Below are positions 12,541-23,520 of a stretch of DNA of 64,000 bases, one piece after another. The stretch is from NCBI RefSeq assembly GCF_048593235.1, contig NC_133622.1:216535198-216599197 (forward strand), given 5' to 3'. Within the stretch, counting starts at the first letter, position 1; the number at the start of each line of letters is the position of its first letter. A program made the position numbers and the translations under genes. Source of the stretch: Sminthopsis crassicaudata. Taxonomy: Eukaryota. The notes under the pieces are model-generated. The model searched no databases. It was not told the DNA's origin and saw nothing but the letters and a program-made list of their open reading frames with translations.

Positions 12541-12646
12541 CTTTAGCTGCTTCTTTAGTCTATCATTGAGTTCTCCAGAGGAATTGGGGAACACTTTTGG
12601 CCTTGAACTGATGTAGGTCCCTTTGGAAGCAGTAATGACACTCTCT
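12541..12646 (-). other. Candidate internal exon of unknown gene (106 nt; ESVITASKGTYISSRPKVFPNSSGELNDRLKKQLK)
   Basis: Minus strand: branch-like gctaac, acceptor tgtttag, one open frame, consensus donor AAG|GTAAGT; no homologue recognised. Confidence 0.3.
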
Positions 12647-13654
12647 CTAAACAGTTAGCAACTCAGGCTGAAACTTGTATTAAGACACAGCTCGACTGAT
12701 GTTTTGCAAAAAAACCCACAATCCATGGAACTTCCAGCTACCCACTGCTTTCTATCTAACTCCAGTCACTTTCTTTGTCCTTATTGCTCCCTAGGTCAAA
12801 AGAGTACAAGGACTGGTTGAGGTCAGCCTTTTTCAGCTTCTGCCCATGCTGCCCAGGTGTCTCTAGGACACAAAGACTGAGGCCCTAAGATCCGTCTTGG
12901 GGTGGATCTCACTCTGCAGGAAGCTGGTTGGACAAGGACTCAGAGAAGCAATTTGCAGGAGAGACTTATGGGATTTTCCATCTAGGACCTGGGGGGGGGG
13001 GGAGGTTGAAAGGACATGTTAAAGGTCAGGTGTGGACAGTTAAATTATCATCCTCCACTATCCCTACTGCTACCCCCTCACAGAGCAGGTGTGACTGTTT
13101 GGCCCCTTCCTCCAATAGTAGGTTAATTCCATGGAGATGAGAGACCTCCTCCAAGCTTTAGATTCTGGGAATTTGTGACTTTTCCACTTCAAAGTTAGAT
13201 TTATCTTGATATCACTAGAATATGAATTTTAGTGAGATAAAAGGGCTTTTAATAAATGATAAGGAAGCCCACTGTACTCTTTCAACCTGTTCTATTGCTT
13301 TTCTCTACCAACAAAAAAGGTATTGGTTAGTGGTTGTCCTTTATGGAAAGGATTTGAAAGAAAAGTCAGAGAATAAAATTCGGATTTTAATTTGTCAAAT
13401 ACATGGATAATAGCCCAAACACACAGGCTCAAGTGTGTGTGTATGCTCAGATGCGTGCTTGCACATACACACACAAACATATACACAATCATATTGAAGT
13501 ATTTCCTCAAAGCAATTTTCTTATAACCACTCTATGAAAGAAGGCATTCTTATACTTTTAGCCCCATAATACAGATAAGAAAATTGAGGTTCAGAGAATT
13601 TCAGAAAACAAAAATCAGTGAAAGGAGTCAGTCATAAAATCTCAGCTTATGAAA

Positions 13655-13884
13655 GCAAGATAGCATGGTGAATAGAGTGCTGGACTTTACCGTCAGGAAG
13701 ACCTGAATTCTAAGCTCATTTTAGACACTTATTAGCTATGTGACCCTTAACAAGTCATGTAAACTCAACTCCCTAACTTGTAAAAATGGGGATCATAACT
13801 TTGCCACAAGATGGTTGTTGTTCATGAGATAACATATGAAAATCATTTTGTAAACCTCAAAGCACTATTTAAATGTTAGCTATT
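13655..13884 (+). mobile_element. MIR SINE
   Basis: gtcaggaagacctgaattc...gtgacccttaacaagtca...gtaaacctcaaagcactatttaaatgttagctatt. Confidence 0.85.
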
Positions 13885-14494
13885 TTGTCCTTAATAATAA
13901 TGATAAATAAAAGTAAATGCAGAAAGTATAAGTGACCAGCAAAATGAAGTTGACCCAGCAAACGCCACTATAGCCACCTGGAGAAGCTAATGTCGTCAAC
14001 CAACCTCTAGTCAGAGGATTCAGTCTTAACCATTTTTTCTTCCCATATTTCCAGACCAAAAGTGAACATTTCTCAGAAAACATTCCAAAGAATTTTAGAG
14101 TGGGGAAGAGCTTTGAATATCATTTAGTTCAAACTCCTAATTTTGCATTATAGTAAACTGAGGCCCAGAGAGGGATAAATATTTTTCCAAAGTCACACAG
14201 CTATTAGCCGCAAAAGCACTGGTTTTGTTTCTTTGGACTGTTACGTGGGAGCTGCCTTTGTTGAAAATGGATCTTTCATTCTAGGATGCCTCCACCATCC
14301 CCACTCAGAGTGTTTCTGGAGCTCAGAAAGATTCCCCCTGATCACACAGCTGGCAAGAAATGGAGGTAGATTTGAGCCCTGGGTCTTTCTGTTGCTACAC
14401 CCAGCACCCTATCTACTATGTCAAATGACCTCCCTAGAGAAGACACCCTAAAATCCCAGAAACCCTTTTAGAAGGGATTCTAAAGATCATCTAG

Positions 14495-14630
14495 CTCAGA
14501 CATCCTTAACCTAGAGTCTAGGGCCTTTTAAAAATAATGTTTTTGTAATCCTATTTTGGTTTCTTTTTAATCCTATGCATTTTATTTGAAGAACATTCTG
14601 AGAAGGGACCTATTTGCCCTAAAAATCTAT
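14495..14630 (-). mobile_element. hAT-Charlie MITE fragment (same family as 59345-59512 and 61634-62086)
   Basis: ttttgtaatcctat...ttatttgaagaacattctgagaagggacc is the reverse of the MITE core seen at 61686-62030. Confidence 0.55.
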
Positions 14631-15334
14631 GCCACAGAATATAAGGCCTGAGAAATCATTTGCTAAGGTGATGATGAATTGAAAGCTAAATATAACCTCT
14701 CACTGCTTGAATTCTATAAGATGATAATGTTGTATGACCCACAAATAATGTTATTAATATCCAAATGACCCTTGACAGAAAAAAAGTTCCCTACCCTTGT
14801 TATACCATTTATTATGTTTCAGGTACTCTGCTAAGCACTTTATGATAATTTTTTCATTTAATCCTCACAACAACCCTTTTATCTCCATTTTACAGATGAG
14901 GAAACTAAGGCATTTGGTTATATGACTTATGACATACCTATTATATGCCAGGCACTCTATTAATGTTTTGCCCACAGTGGAAGCTTCCTGCATTGCTCCA
15001 GTGTGACTAATATAAAGGCGAGTGGGCTTTGCTGGAGATGGTATACTTGCCAACAATGAAGGGAAGTCAAAGATCTCTGTGATTTGTACCAAGATGCTTG
15101 GGGATCCAATTGAGGGTATGGATTCAGAGTGAAGAAAAATGATGAAGAATAGGAGGAGAGATGCATGGAGAAAATATGGACCCTTGTCATGGTAGTGACC
15201 TTCGCCCACATCATGCTTTCTGGCCTCTGATATTCCTCTAAAGAAGGTAACAGCTAAAACAAGAAGCCAGAGGCAGGGTCCAAGGTGTGAGAAACATCAG
15301 CAACATAGCAACACTCTATATGTTCAGATTCTAG

Positions 15335-15524
15335 CAAGGGTTATCAAACTACGGCCCGCAGGCCAGATGTGGCCCACTGAGGACATTTATGCGGCCTGCC
15401 AGGTTGTGGCAAATGGGCTGAGGGGCGGAGACAGAGTGAGGTTTTCTTTTTACTATAGTCCGGCCCTCCCACAGTCTGAGGGACAGTGAACTGGCCCCCT
15501 GTTTAAAAAGTTTGAGGACCACTG
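15335..15524. mobile_element. 190-bp hAT MITE resembling OC1 (OposCharlie1)
   Basis: Imperfect 16-bp TIRs caagggttatcaaact / agtttgaggaccactg; arms aactacggcccgcaggcc and actatagtccggccctcc...gtgaactggccccctgtttaaaaagtttgaggacc; 8-bp TSD not visible. Confidence 0.75.
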
Positions 15525-15844
15525 CAAGGACTGGGAGGAGGAGTTCTAGGTTCATTGACCTTATGAGGGGCTAGTTGGCAGTCTAGAGATAGAACAAAGG
15601 CAACTCTAGCCCTGAGGGATCACAGAGATTCACTGAAAGCCCAGCTTGGATTACTAGCCTCATAAGTTTTCATGTGGAGGTGGTTATTTCTCCACTATCT
15701 TAAGAGATGTGGATTTTGAGGGGAGCCTTGAAAATTATTCTATTGCCTGTTTGTTTTTCTTATGCGTGCTACCCCAAATATTTTGTTGTAATCAAATACT
15801 TTCTATTTGATTCATTGTTTCTGTCTCGTGTGGGAATAGAAATT

Positions 15845-16265
15845 GTACTGTCATGATCACGCTAAGATTTATACAAATATGATTACCCAAAATCAATCTG
15901 AAATCATAATTTTCAGGGAGATTTAATTTAGAGGAAATCTGGAAAATTCACTTACATGGCACACCTCATCCCCTCCCAAATTGAAGATAAATAAAGTGTC
16001 ATTTCATATAAGCCTCTTTTCCTCAACCATAATATCTCTTAGAAACCTGAGAGCTGTGTTATACTTAAGGGCAGAGCTCTACATATGGATTTGTTCTGGA
16101 TCTAGGAACCAGCCCTCCAATTTAGGAGCCAGATGGATTTGGTCAGCTGTTAGGCAAAATCAAAACAATCCCTCTTATTGAGAGGGTTGAGAGTAAGCAG
16201 CAAGTCAGACAAAAAGAAAACAATTCCTCTTATTGAGAGGATTGAAGTAAGCAGCAAGTCACAGA
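15845..16265. mobile_element. Possible degraded LTR containing a ~55-bp-period duplication
   Basis: Composition and aatcataattttcagggagatttaattta segment resemble a reverse marsupial LTR end; duplication at 16162-16208 and 16217-16263. Confidence 0.3.
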
Positions 16266-16517
16266 ATCAGTTCTCTCCGTTGATATCCAAATTAAGGTCA
16301 CTAAAGAGCTGCAGAAAATCTTCAGGTGATCCCTGATGATCTTCCTCAAAAGTTCAAAGTGAAAACTCAGTGAATCTTGCCAGGGTATTTCTTTGGCTAA
16401 GGGCTTGTAGAGAAGCGAGGATGACGTGGAACTAGATGAGACAGGGTCCATCATTTCTGTCACTGAAATCACCGAAATAATCATAATAATTCACATCTAT
16501 ATAATGTGTTAATGCCA

Positions 16518-17030
16518 TGAGAAAAAAAATTATCATTTCTCTCTCCTGTTAATAGCCAATCATTAAAACTGAGGAGAAAACAGCTTTCTTTCCCCCACCC
16601 TATTTCCCCTTTCCAATCTCTCAAGGACAGGGCTGGTGGAAGATACGATTAACATTTTCCTCTTTTTGGTATTCCTATTTCATCCAACTAATTCAAGCTT
16701 GGGTGGGGGATATAGATTCTTTCTCTAGATTATCCAAGGCTGGGTATAGGAACAGTCTCTCTCACCAAGAGTGACAACATGTCACTCTCAGCCCCTCACT
16801 GGAGTAAGCTCACTTCTCTTTGTAAAGTTCATATCTCATTAATTGTTAACCAATTGGAATTGATTACCGTCCTCAGGAACATAACTCTTCCAAGAGCAGA
16901 TAAAGCCGTGAACCTAATGAATCTGTGCTGTGAGAATAATCAAGAATGCTACTGACCTTTTATTTAAAATGCTTGCATTATTAATAAAATAACTAATTAC
17001 CCAGAAATTATGTCTCCTGAACTTTTTTAA
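16518..17030 (+). mobile_element. Solo ERV LTR (~510 bp)
   Basis: TG start, ttgttaaccaattggaattgatt motif, AATAAA at 16983-16988, end aattacccagaaattatgtctc...ttttaa, flanked by tgcca/tgccc (probable TSD). Confidence 0.65.
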
Positions 17031-17094
17031 TGCCCTACCTAAAAGGATAGAAGGATCTCCTTGGTCTCACAGCAGCTGAAAAAGCTCATGGAAC

Positions 17095-17275
17095 AGCAGA
17101 AAGAGTCACCAAAAGACCCGAGTACTAGACTTAGCTGTATCACTGACTGTATGTACTGAAGAAAACCATTTATTTCCCCTCTTTGAGTTTCAGTTTATAT
17201 CTCTGTAAGATGAGGAGGAAATAAAACCAGCTGATCAAGATCCCCTCCATCTCTAACCATCTAATAGTCTGTCCA
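17095..17275 (+). mobile_element. MIR SINE
   Basis: aaaagacccgagtactag...gagtttcagtttatatctctgtaagatgagg...gatcccctccatctcta. Confidence 0.6.
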
Positions 17276-19504
17276 TTATATCTCTAATTAACAAGAATGT
17301 CTAGTGGAATAATGGCTGGTTGTTCCAATATACTAAATATTGACTCTGGGGATCTATTTTACATGCCTGTGTTTGTACTATGAAGGTCAAATAATGTTAG
17401 GAGACATGAATGACTATTGACCTTCCAAATGAAAACTTATGTTTTCTAACTCCAAGAGTCAACTTAAAAAAAAAACAAAAACAAAAAAAAAACCTAGTAT
17501 TGACATAGTGTTTACCTTAACAAGGAAAGGGGGAAGCCAAGACTTGTGTTGACAGAGTTTGACTGTTAGAGAAAAATACATACCTGCAGGGGGAACCATG
17601 TTTAACAAGAAACATTCTATCAGGCCCTGTTACTCAACCAGGCCCTCCATCCAAACACAAGATCAGAAGGCTCATGTGAAGACTTGCTGGAGTCAAACTC
17701 TATCAAAAGTCATACATCCTGGCCAAGATAAAAAGGGGAAAAAAGCAACTAACCAGGAACTGAGAGAATAAGTGCTCCCATGAAGTGCCAGGAATGCCCA
17801 TGGGCCCTCCAAAGGCCCCAATTTCCAGAAGCAATCGATTTTGCCCCCCTTCTCTTTCCCAACCTCCAGCCTTAAAATTTGCTTCTTTTCCTTAATCCTA
17901 CTCCACCCTCCATTTTTTTTTCTCTCAACCACAAAATGCTTTGCTCAGGGTTTAGCTTTGGGGAAAGACTGACTTTTCAGTAGAGGAAATGAACTTCCCA
18001 GTTATCACCTTCCTTGATTTATCATGCCAAATGGCTTCCTGGAAAAAAAGTTGCTAGTTAAAGATTTCCTTGACAGAAAAAGGAAATGGGATAACAGAGA
18101 TTTTTTTTTTAATGGTATTCATTGTACAAATCTAAATTTGGTATTGAACGAGTTTATTCTCACTCAGAAGAGGGAATATTAAACATAAAAGTATCATAGT
18201 GTACTTTACAGAATGATTAGGACAGAATACAGAAATTCATAAATATGAATAAAATCTATTAGAAAGCTAATAATCAAGCCTTATTGGAACATAAATATTT
18301 TTTACAATGCCACTAATTAACCTTTTTCTACTTCATTTTCCCTTGCCACAGTTCATTTAAAGAGTAATTGATTTTCTAGTTGTTCCTTTCTCCAATGTTG
18401 ATTTTTCCTTAGTTCTAGCCTGCTATTATTACCAGCACTATCATTTTAATTGCTTTGAGAGATGTTGGAGCTTCTCACTATCAATCACAAAATATTCAAG
18501 ATTAGTAGATGCTCTCAAAGTCAGTGCTAAAAGAGAACAAAAGCACTTAAGAAATTCAAAGGGCAGCTGGGAGTCTAGTACAAGCCCAGGTATTGTCTTT
18601 ATTCCATATGGGAAATAACTACTTCAGTTATGTTAGGAAAGAAATGAGCCATCCTTCTCTACCCCTCACTTAATATCTTATCAGCAGATGACAAGCTACA
18701 TTCTAAAAAATGGCCACCAGATGGAAACCTCTTCTTTTGTGATATATAACAACCTACTCATACAGATCAACACAGGGCTAAGAGTTAACTAAGGGACCAA
18801 TTAGGGTCTAGCACATCCTTCTAAAGCATCAAAAAGTTCTTTCAATGCTGAATCACCACATGGCCGGAGCAGTCAAGAAATCCATCACCCCCAAATTCCC
18901 CAACAATGAATCACTTTGTTCTTGGAGTTCTTGGAAGTTTCCAGTGGCACTCTGACTACGTACTCCCTGGGATGGCCTCTGTAGGATCCTTCAGCCTTGA
19001 GACATGTACATGCTGAGCCGTTTCTACCTTGACACATTAATAAAGTGAACTATCACTCTACAGAGATGAAAAAATAACACAGGCAGTCAATCAACATGCA
19101 CCCACCAACGATAAGAAGTATTTCTTATCATCCAGTCTCAGACCACTCAGCAGATTAGACATCTGGGGCTAAAGACATGCTCTGAGAGCATTCTACTTAC
19201 TACAGGCTTGCTTTCTAAACTAGTCTTGGAACATTCAACAGACAAGATACTTGTGGCTGGAGACGCCGTCTCTGAGGACATTCGAATTACTATAGGCTTG
19301 TTTTCTGGGGAAGTCCATCTAGCCCCTGAACACTCATCAGAATTATTTATTATATGCCAGGCACTGTCCTAATGATATAAATGCATTGAATGGAATAATC
19401 CCTACTCACAAAGAACTTGCATTCTAACATATACACATGCTAATATATAATGCCAAATGATTGAAATGCATTGGAGAAAGCAACCAGACACGCATGGATG
19501 ATCC

Positions 19505-19715
19505 AGCGCGATAAAGTGGAAAGAGTCCCAGATTTCAGAGTCAACAGACCTACATTTAAAATCCTAGTCTTACCACTTACAGCCTATGCAATCTTGACTA
19601 AATTTTTTGGCCACTCTGACTCTCGTTTCCTCATTTGTGAAATAAAGATGACCAGACTAAGGTCTCTTCATGCTCTAAATCTGTATTGTTATGAGGATTC
19701 TATGATCATATGTGG
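19505..19715 (+). mobile_element. MIR SINE
   Basis: gagtcaacagacctacatttaaatcc...ctcgtttcctcatttgtgaaataaag. Confidence 0.75.
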
Positions 19716-19940
19716 TACATAAAAAAAAATACCCTAGATTTGCAAAACATTTTACAAATGTGAAAATATTTTCACATTTAAAACCACAAANNNNNNNNNN
19801 NNNNNNNNNNNNNNNNNNNNNNNNNNNNNNNNNNNNNNNNNNNNNNNNNNNNNNNNNNNNNNNNNNNNNNNNNNNNNNNNNNNNNNNNNNNNNNNNNNNN
19901 NNNNNNNNNNNNNNNNNNNNNNNNNNNNNNNNNNNNNNNN

Positions 19941-20262
19941 CTGAGTGTGAGGGGTTAAATGACTTGCCTCTATAGTAAGTACACACCTGAGACAGAATTT
20001 GAACTCAAATTGTCTTGATCCAAGTCTAGAGTTCTTTCTATTCATTATGCTATCTAGCTGCCTCAATATTGCCTTTAAATGTGTTATCTTATTGAATTCT
20101 CAGAGTAATTAAAAACCCATTTTAGAGATCAGGACATTAAGGCTAGAAGAAAGTAAATAACTTGCCTTAAGGTCACACAACTAGGAAGTACCTGAGACAG
20201 GATTTGAAATCAGGTCTTCCAGACTCCAAGTCTAGCACTGTACTACAGCCACCTAGCTAAAA
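19941..20262 (-). mobile_element. Two tandem MIR/MAR1 fragments
   Basis: ggttaaatgacttgcc...gaatttgaactc (19941-20063) and aacttgccttaaggtcacac...tttgaaatcaggtcttcc (20100-20262). Confidence 0.75.
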
Positions 20263-21021
20263 CACAGACAAGAATTACACAGAATACAAGCCCATCAGAA
20301 GAGTGCCAGTTTGTAGCAACGGAAGAAGTTTGGATGATATTATGGATCAAAAGAATGGATTAAATTTAACTGAACAAAGCTAGTTAAATAGCTGCCATGT
20401 GCAAGTTCCTTTGTTAGGTCCCAGGGAAACAAATACCAAAAATAAATTATCCCTGCCTTCTGGGGCTTTAGAGTCTACCATTTGAAGAATATCTGCTGTG
20501 ATAACTTCTAGGCTGGGGATCAAATGATATGGTGGATGCAAGGCATTCTTGAAAATTGCTTCCTGGAGATATAATTCAACTCTTCTACACAATACTTGTT
20601 CCTCTCTTGAGGAACAAACCCCAAAGCAAACTTTATTTCATTTGCAGGAAGTAGAAAGTGGGTTTGGCTGCTTATTTCTGTTCAAAACAATCCCTCACCA
20701 TCAGGAATAAAGGAAACCGAGGGAGTCAAGTCCCACCCTCATTCTTCTTTTGTTCCACTAAGGCCAGGTGAGTACTGTTGGTCCCTCACCTCTATGGCCT
20801 GCCCTTCCCCAGATCAATCTTCCTATTGGCACTGGCCCTGCCAAGAGGGAAAGGATGGCAGCTGAGAAAGAGATAACAAATTGCCTCCATTACTAAAGTC
20901 TGCCCCTCCCTTTGACCATCCTTGTTGCTCTGGCTTGAAATTCTGGCCTCCTTCTTTGGCCTGGACCTCAGAATTCCTCTTGTTTGAACACCCAGCCTCT
21001 GACCTATTTGCTCTCTTGAAC

Positions 21022-21024
<3 letters not shown>

Positions 21025-21080
<56 letters not shown>
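21025..21080. repeat. (GT)28 microsatellite
   Basis: Read directly from sequence. Confidence 0.98.
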
Positions 21081-21081
<1 letters not shown>

Positions 21082-21087
21082 TCAGAA

Positions 21088-21520
21088 ACACAGAATCATT
21101 GAACTTTAGAGTTGAAAGGTGCTTTAGAAGTCATTCAGTCCAATTCAAATATGGGATCTTATCTGTAACATCCTTGATGAGTGGTCCTCCAACCTCCAGT
21201 GATGGGGAGCTTACTACTTACCCGGGCAGACCATTCCACTTGAGAATAATTTTCACTGTTAAAAAATTATACCTCCCATTGAGTTCCTTCCTCTGCTTTC
21301 CTCCCATTACTCTTAGGAGACTAATTCCTTTTCCATGAGCAAAATCCTTCCAGTTGTTGAAGATCTCAAACACATTCCCTCCCTAAAACCTTTTTCTGGC
21401 TAAATATGCCTGATTCCCACCCCCTGCTGGAGGTACTCCAATTTATCTCTTTTTCTGCCTAAAATATAACCCCATACAAGAGAATAAGATCCTCCAGATG
21501 TGGCCTGACCAGGTGTGAGG
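21088..21520 (-). mobile_element. CR1/L3 LINE 3' region
   Basis: acagaatcattgaactttagagttgaaagg...acctccagtgatggggagcttactact...ccattccactttgagaat. Confidence 0.7.
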
Positions 21521-21989
21521 AATAATAAGCATCCCTCCCCTTAAATGTTCCTTGACTTAAAAGTTTGTTTATTGATTGACTGACAACGTACCCATTTATT
21601 TGCATATTGCCTCTCTTCCCCACCCCACCCCATTAAAATGTGAACTCTCCAAGGCAGGGATCATATTTTTGCTGTTTCTTTGTATCTTTGGGTATTCTGA
21701 CATCTACTAAGTGCTTAATAAATGCTTGTTGACTGAATGACATTTCAGTTCTAGATCTATGATCCTAAGGACAATTTACATATCTCTAGAACTCTAAGGT
21801 TTACCTACTACATTTCTCACAATCACCTCGGGACATAGCAGTATGTGGGCTTTATTAGACCCATTTTGCAGATGAAGAAACTGAGGCTCAGAGAAAGTAA
21901 GCAACTTACCTAGAGTCACAATTAATAAGAGGCAAAGCCACTCTCCTGCTGCTGAGTCTCATAGTAGGTCTTTTGAGCCACCATGCTCT

Positions 21990-22460
21990 AATGTTGAGAG
22001 TCACAGACGTTTGGCCAGCAACTGAAAGGAGACGGTCAAAGCAGCTTCCCATCCAGATTGGCGGCTCCACTCCCTTTTGCTTTTCTGTTTGCCTCCTGCT
22101 CTCAATTATAAACAAGCTGCCTCTTGCATGTTGTTTGCCTGCTACTGTAATGTCTTCCCAATGGGCCTCCAGGGCTGTTTGTCCTAAGATGGGGGGCAAG
22201 AAGCTCCAGGTTGGAAGGCTCCGACTCCATTCCAGAAGGATGCCAGCACCTCAGGCCAGCCAGAGGATTGAAAAAGGGGCTCGTCCCAGCCCCATTTCGA
22301 TAGGCCTTGTCTTGTCTGCCCAGTGGATGAAAGGTTCTTCCCGGGAAAGGGGAAAAAAAATCTCAGAGCAAATCTGAAATAAATCAGAAAGCCAAATGAT
22401 TAGTATCAACGTATAGAGCGACGTGTTAGGAAGTCGCACCTCCAAGTCTCACTGAAATAG
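21990..22460. promoter_or_regulatory. Candidate enhancer (non-repetitive, CpG-retaining)
   Basis: About 11 CpGs in ~460 bp in a CpG-poor window; no repeat similarity; no credible ORF. Confidence 0.35.
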
Positions 22461-22710
22461 GAGGAAACAAAAGCTATATCATAATAATATTGTCTCTATT
22501 ATCATTGTTATTGCCATCATGTTATTATCATAATCTGGCATCCTTCAACAACGCAGATTGCATCTGCTCCCTCAGTTAGCCTTGGAGAACTCTCCGGAAG
22601 GAACCAAGAGGGTCAATGTCTTGCCCAGAATCATCGATCCCATCTGGGTCAGGATCAGAACTTAAACTGAAGTGTTCTTGACTCCAAGGATGGCCCTCCG
22701 CTGCATTTCA

Positions 22711-22724
22711 CTGCCAGAGGGCAC
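22711..22724 (+). promoter_or_regulatory. CTCF-like motif ctgccagagggcac
   Basis: 13/14 match to CCRSYAGRKGGCRS. Confidence 0.3.
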
Positions 22725-22909
22725 CTTATGGTAGCAGTGATTCTCCCAAGCACTTTACCAGGTTAGCAAAGTAGGGCTTCTCTGCCCCATTCTCCGGGCT
22801 CAAGACAAGGCCTGGACAGGTTAAGTCTCCTGCTCATGAAGTGGCGAACTCAGGCCTCCTGATTCCCAATCTGACATTCTATTTATCACACTAGCCTTCT
22901 TTTTTTTTT

Positions 22910-23520
22910 AAAACACATCTCGGTATCGGCCGCCAAGAGAACAAAAGATAAATGGCCTTGAGTCCGTGGGCATCCTTCCCCGACTTCTTCATCTCGGCTC
23001 TTGTGTTAATATTTGTTCCAGATATTTAAACTCTGGGCCAGAAGCATCTCGAAGGCCTTGCCTCTCAGTTTCCAGGCAGCTAATACTTTGTTGATGTTGG
23101 CTCTCGAGCCCGATGATTCTCTGGACCGTTCAATTAGAGAGACAGCACAATGAAGCAGTGTCTCCCCACCACCATCACCTCACCATTGGCTTGTTTGCTT
23201 TTGTTTTCCACTCACTGATTACCCGGGGATCCTTTGAGGCAGGAGTGGAGCAGCTGTGTTTACAAGCTCAAATTCCCCCTATTAATTAATGAGTCTGTTA
23301 ATTAATTACTGGCTTGTACATGAACTGCATAGTTGGCCTGGCCACGGGGATTGCTGTGATATTGAATGGTAGTTTCCCGATGGGATCTGGAATCTCTGGA
23401 CAGTGTAGACCTGAGGATAGTGTCCTGGGCCATCCACAGCATCGGGGTCAAACCAACAAGTCAGTAAGAAGAACTCCATCCAGAGAAACTTGTCAAGGAC
23501 TAATACTTGCATCGCCCTCC
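22910..23520. promoter_or_regulatory. Candidate developmental enhancer with homeodomain and forkhead sites
   Basis: About 15 CpGs in ~600 bp; TGTTTAC at 23257-23263; palindromes attaattaat 23281-23290 and taattaatta 23299-23308. Confidence 0.45.

Noticed and set aside
14865-15260. 114-aa minus-strand ORF
   Set aside because: No recognisable domain; it runs into a MIR, and the plus strand looks like a decayed RTE-type LINE end.
18711-18726. tggccaccagatggaaac as a CTCF site
   Set aside because: The highly conserved C of the GGC triplet is mutated.
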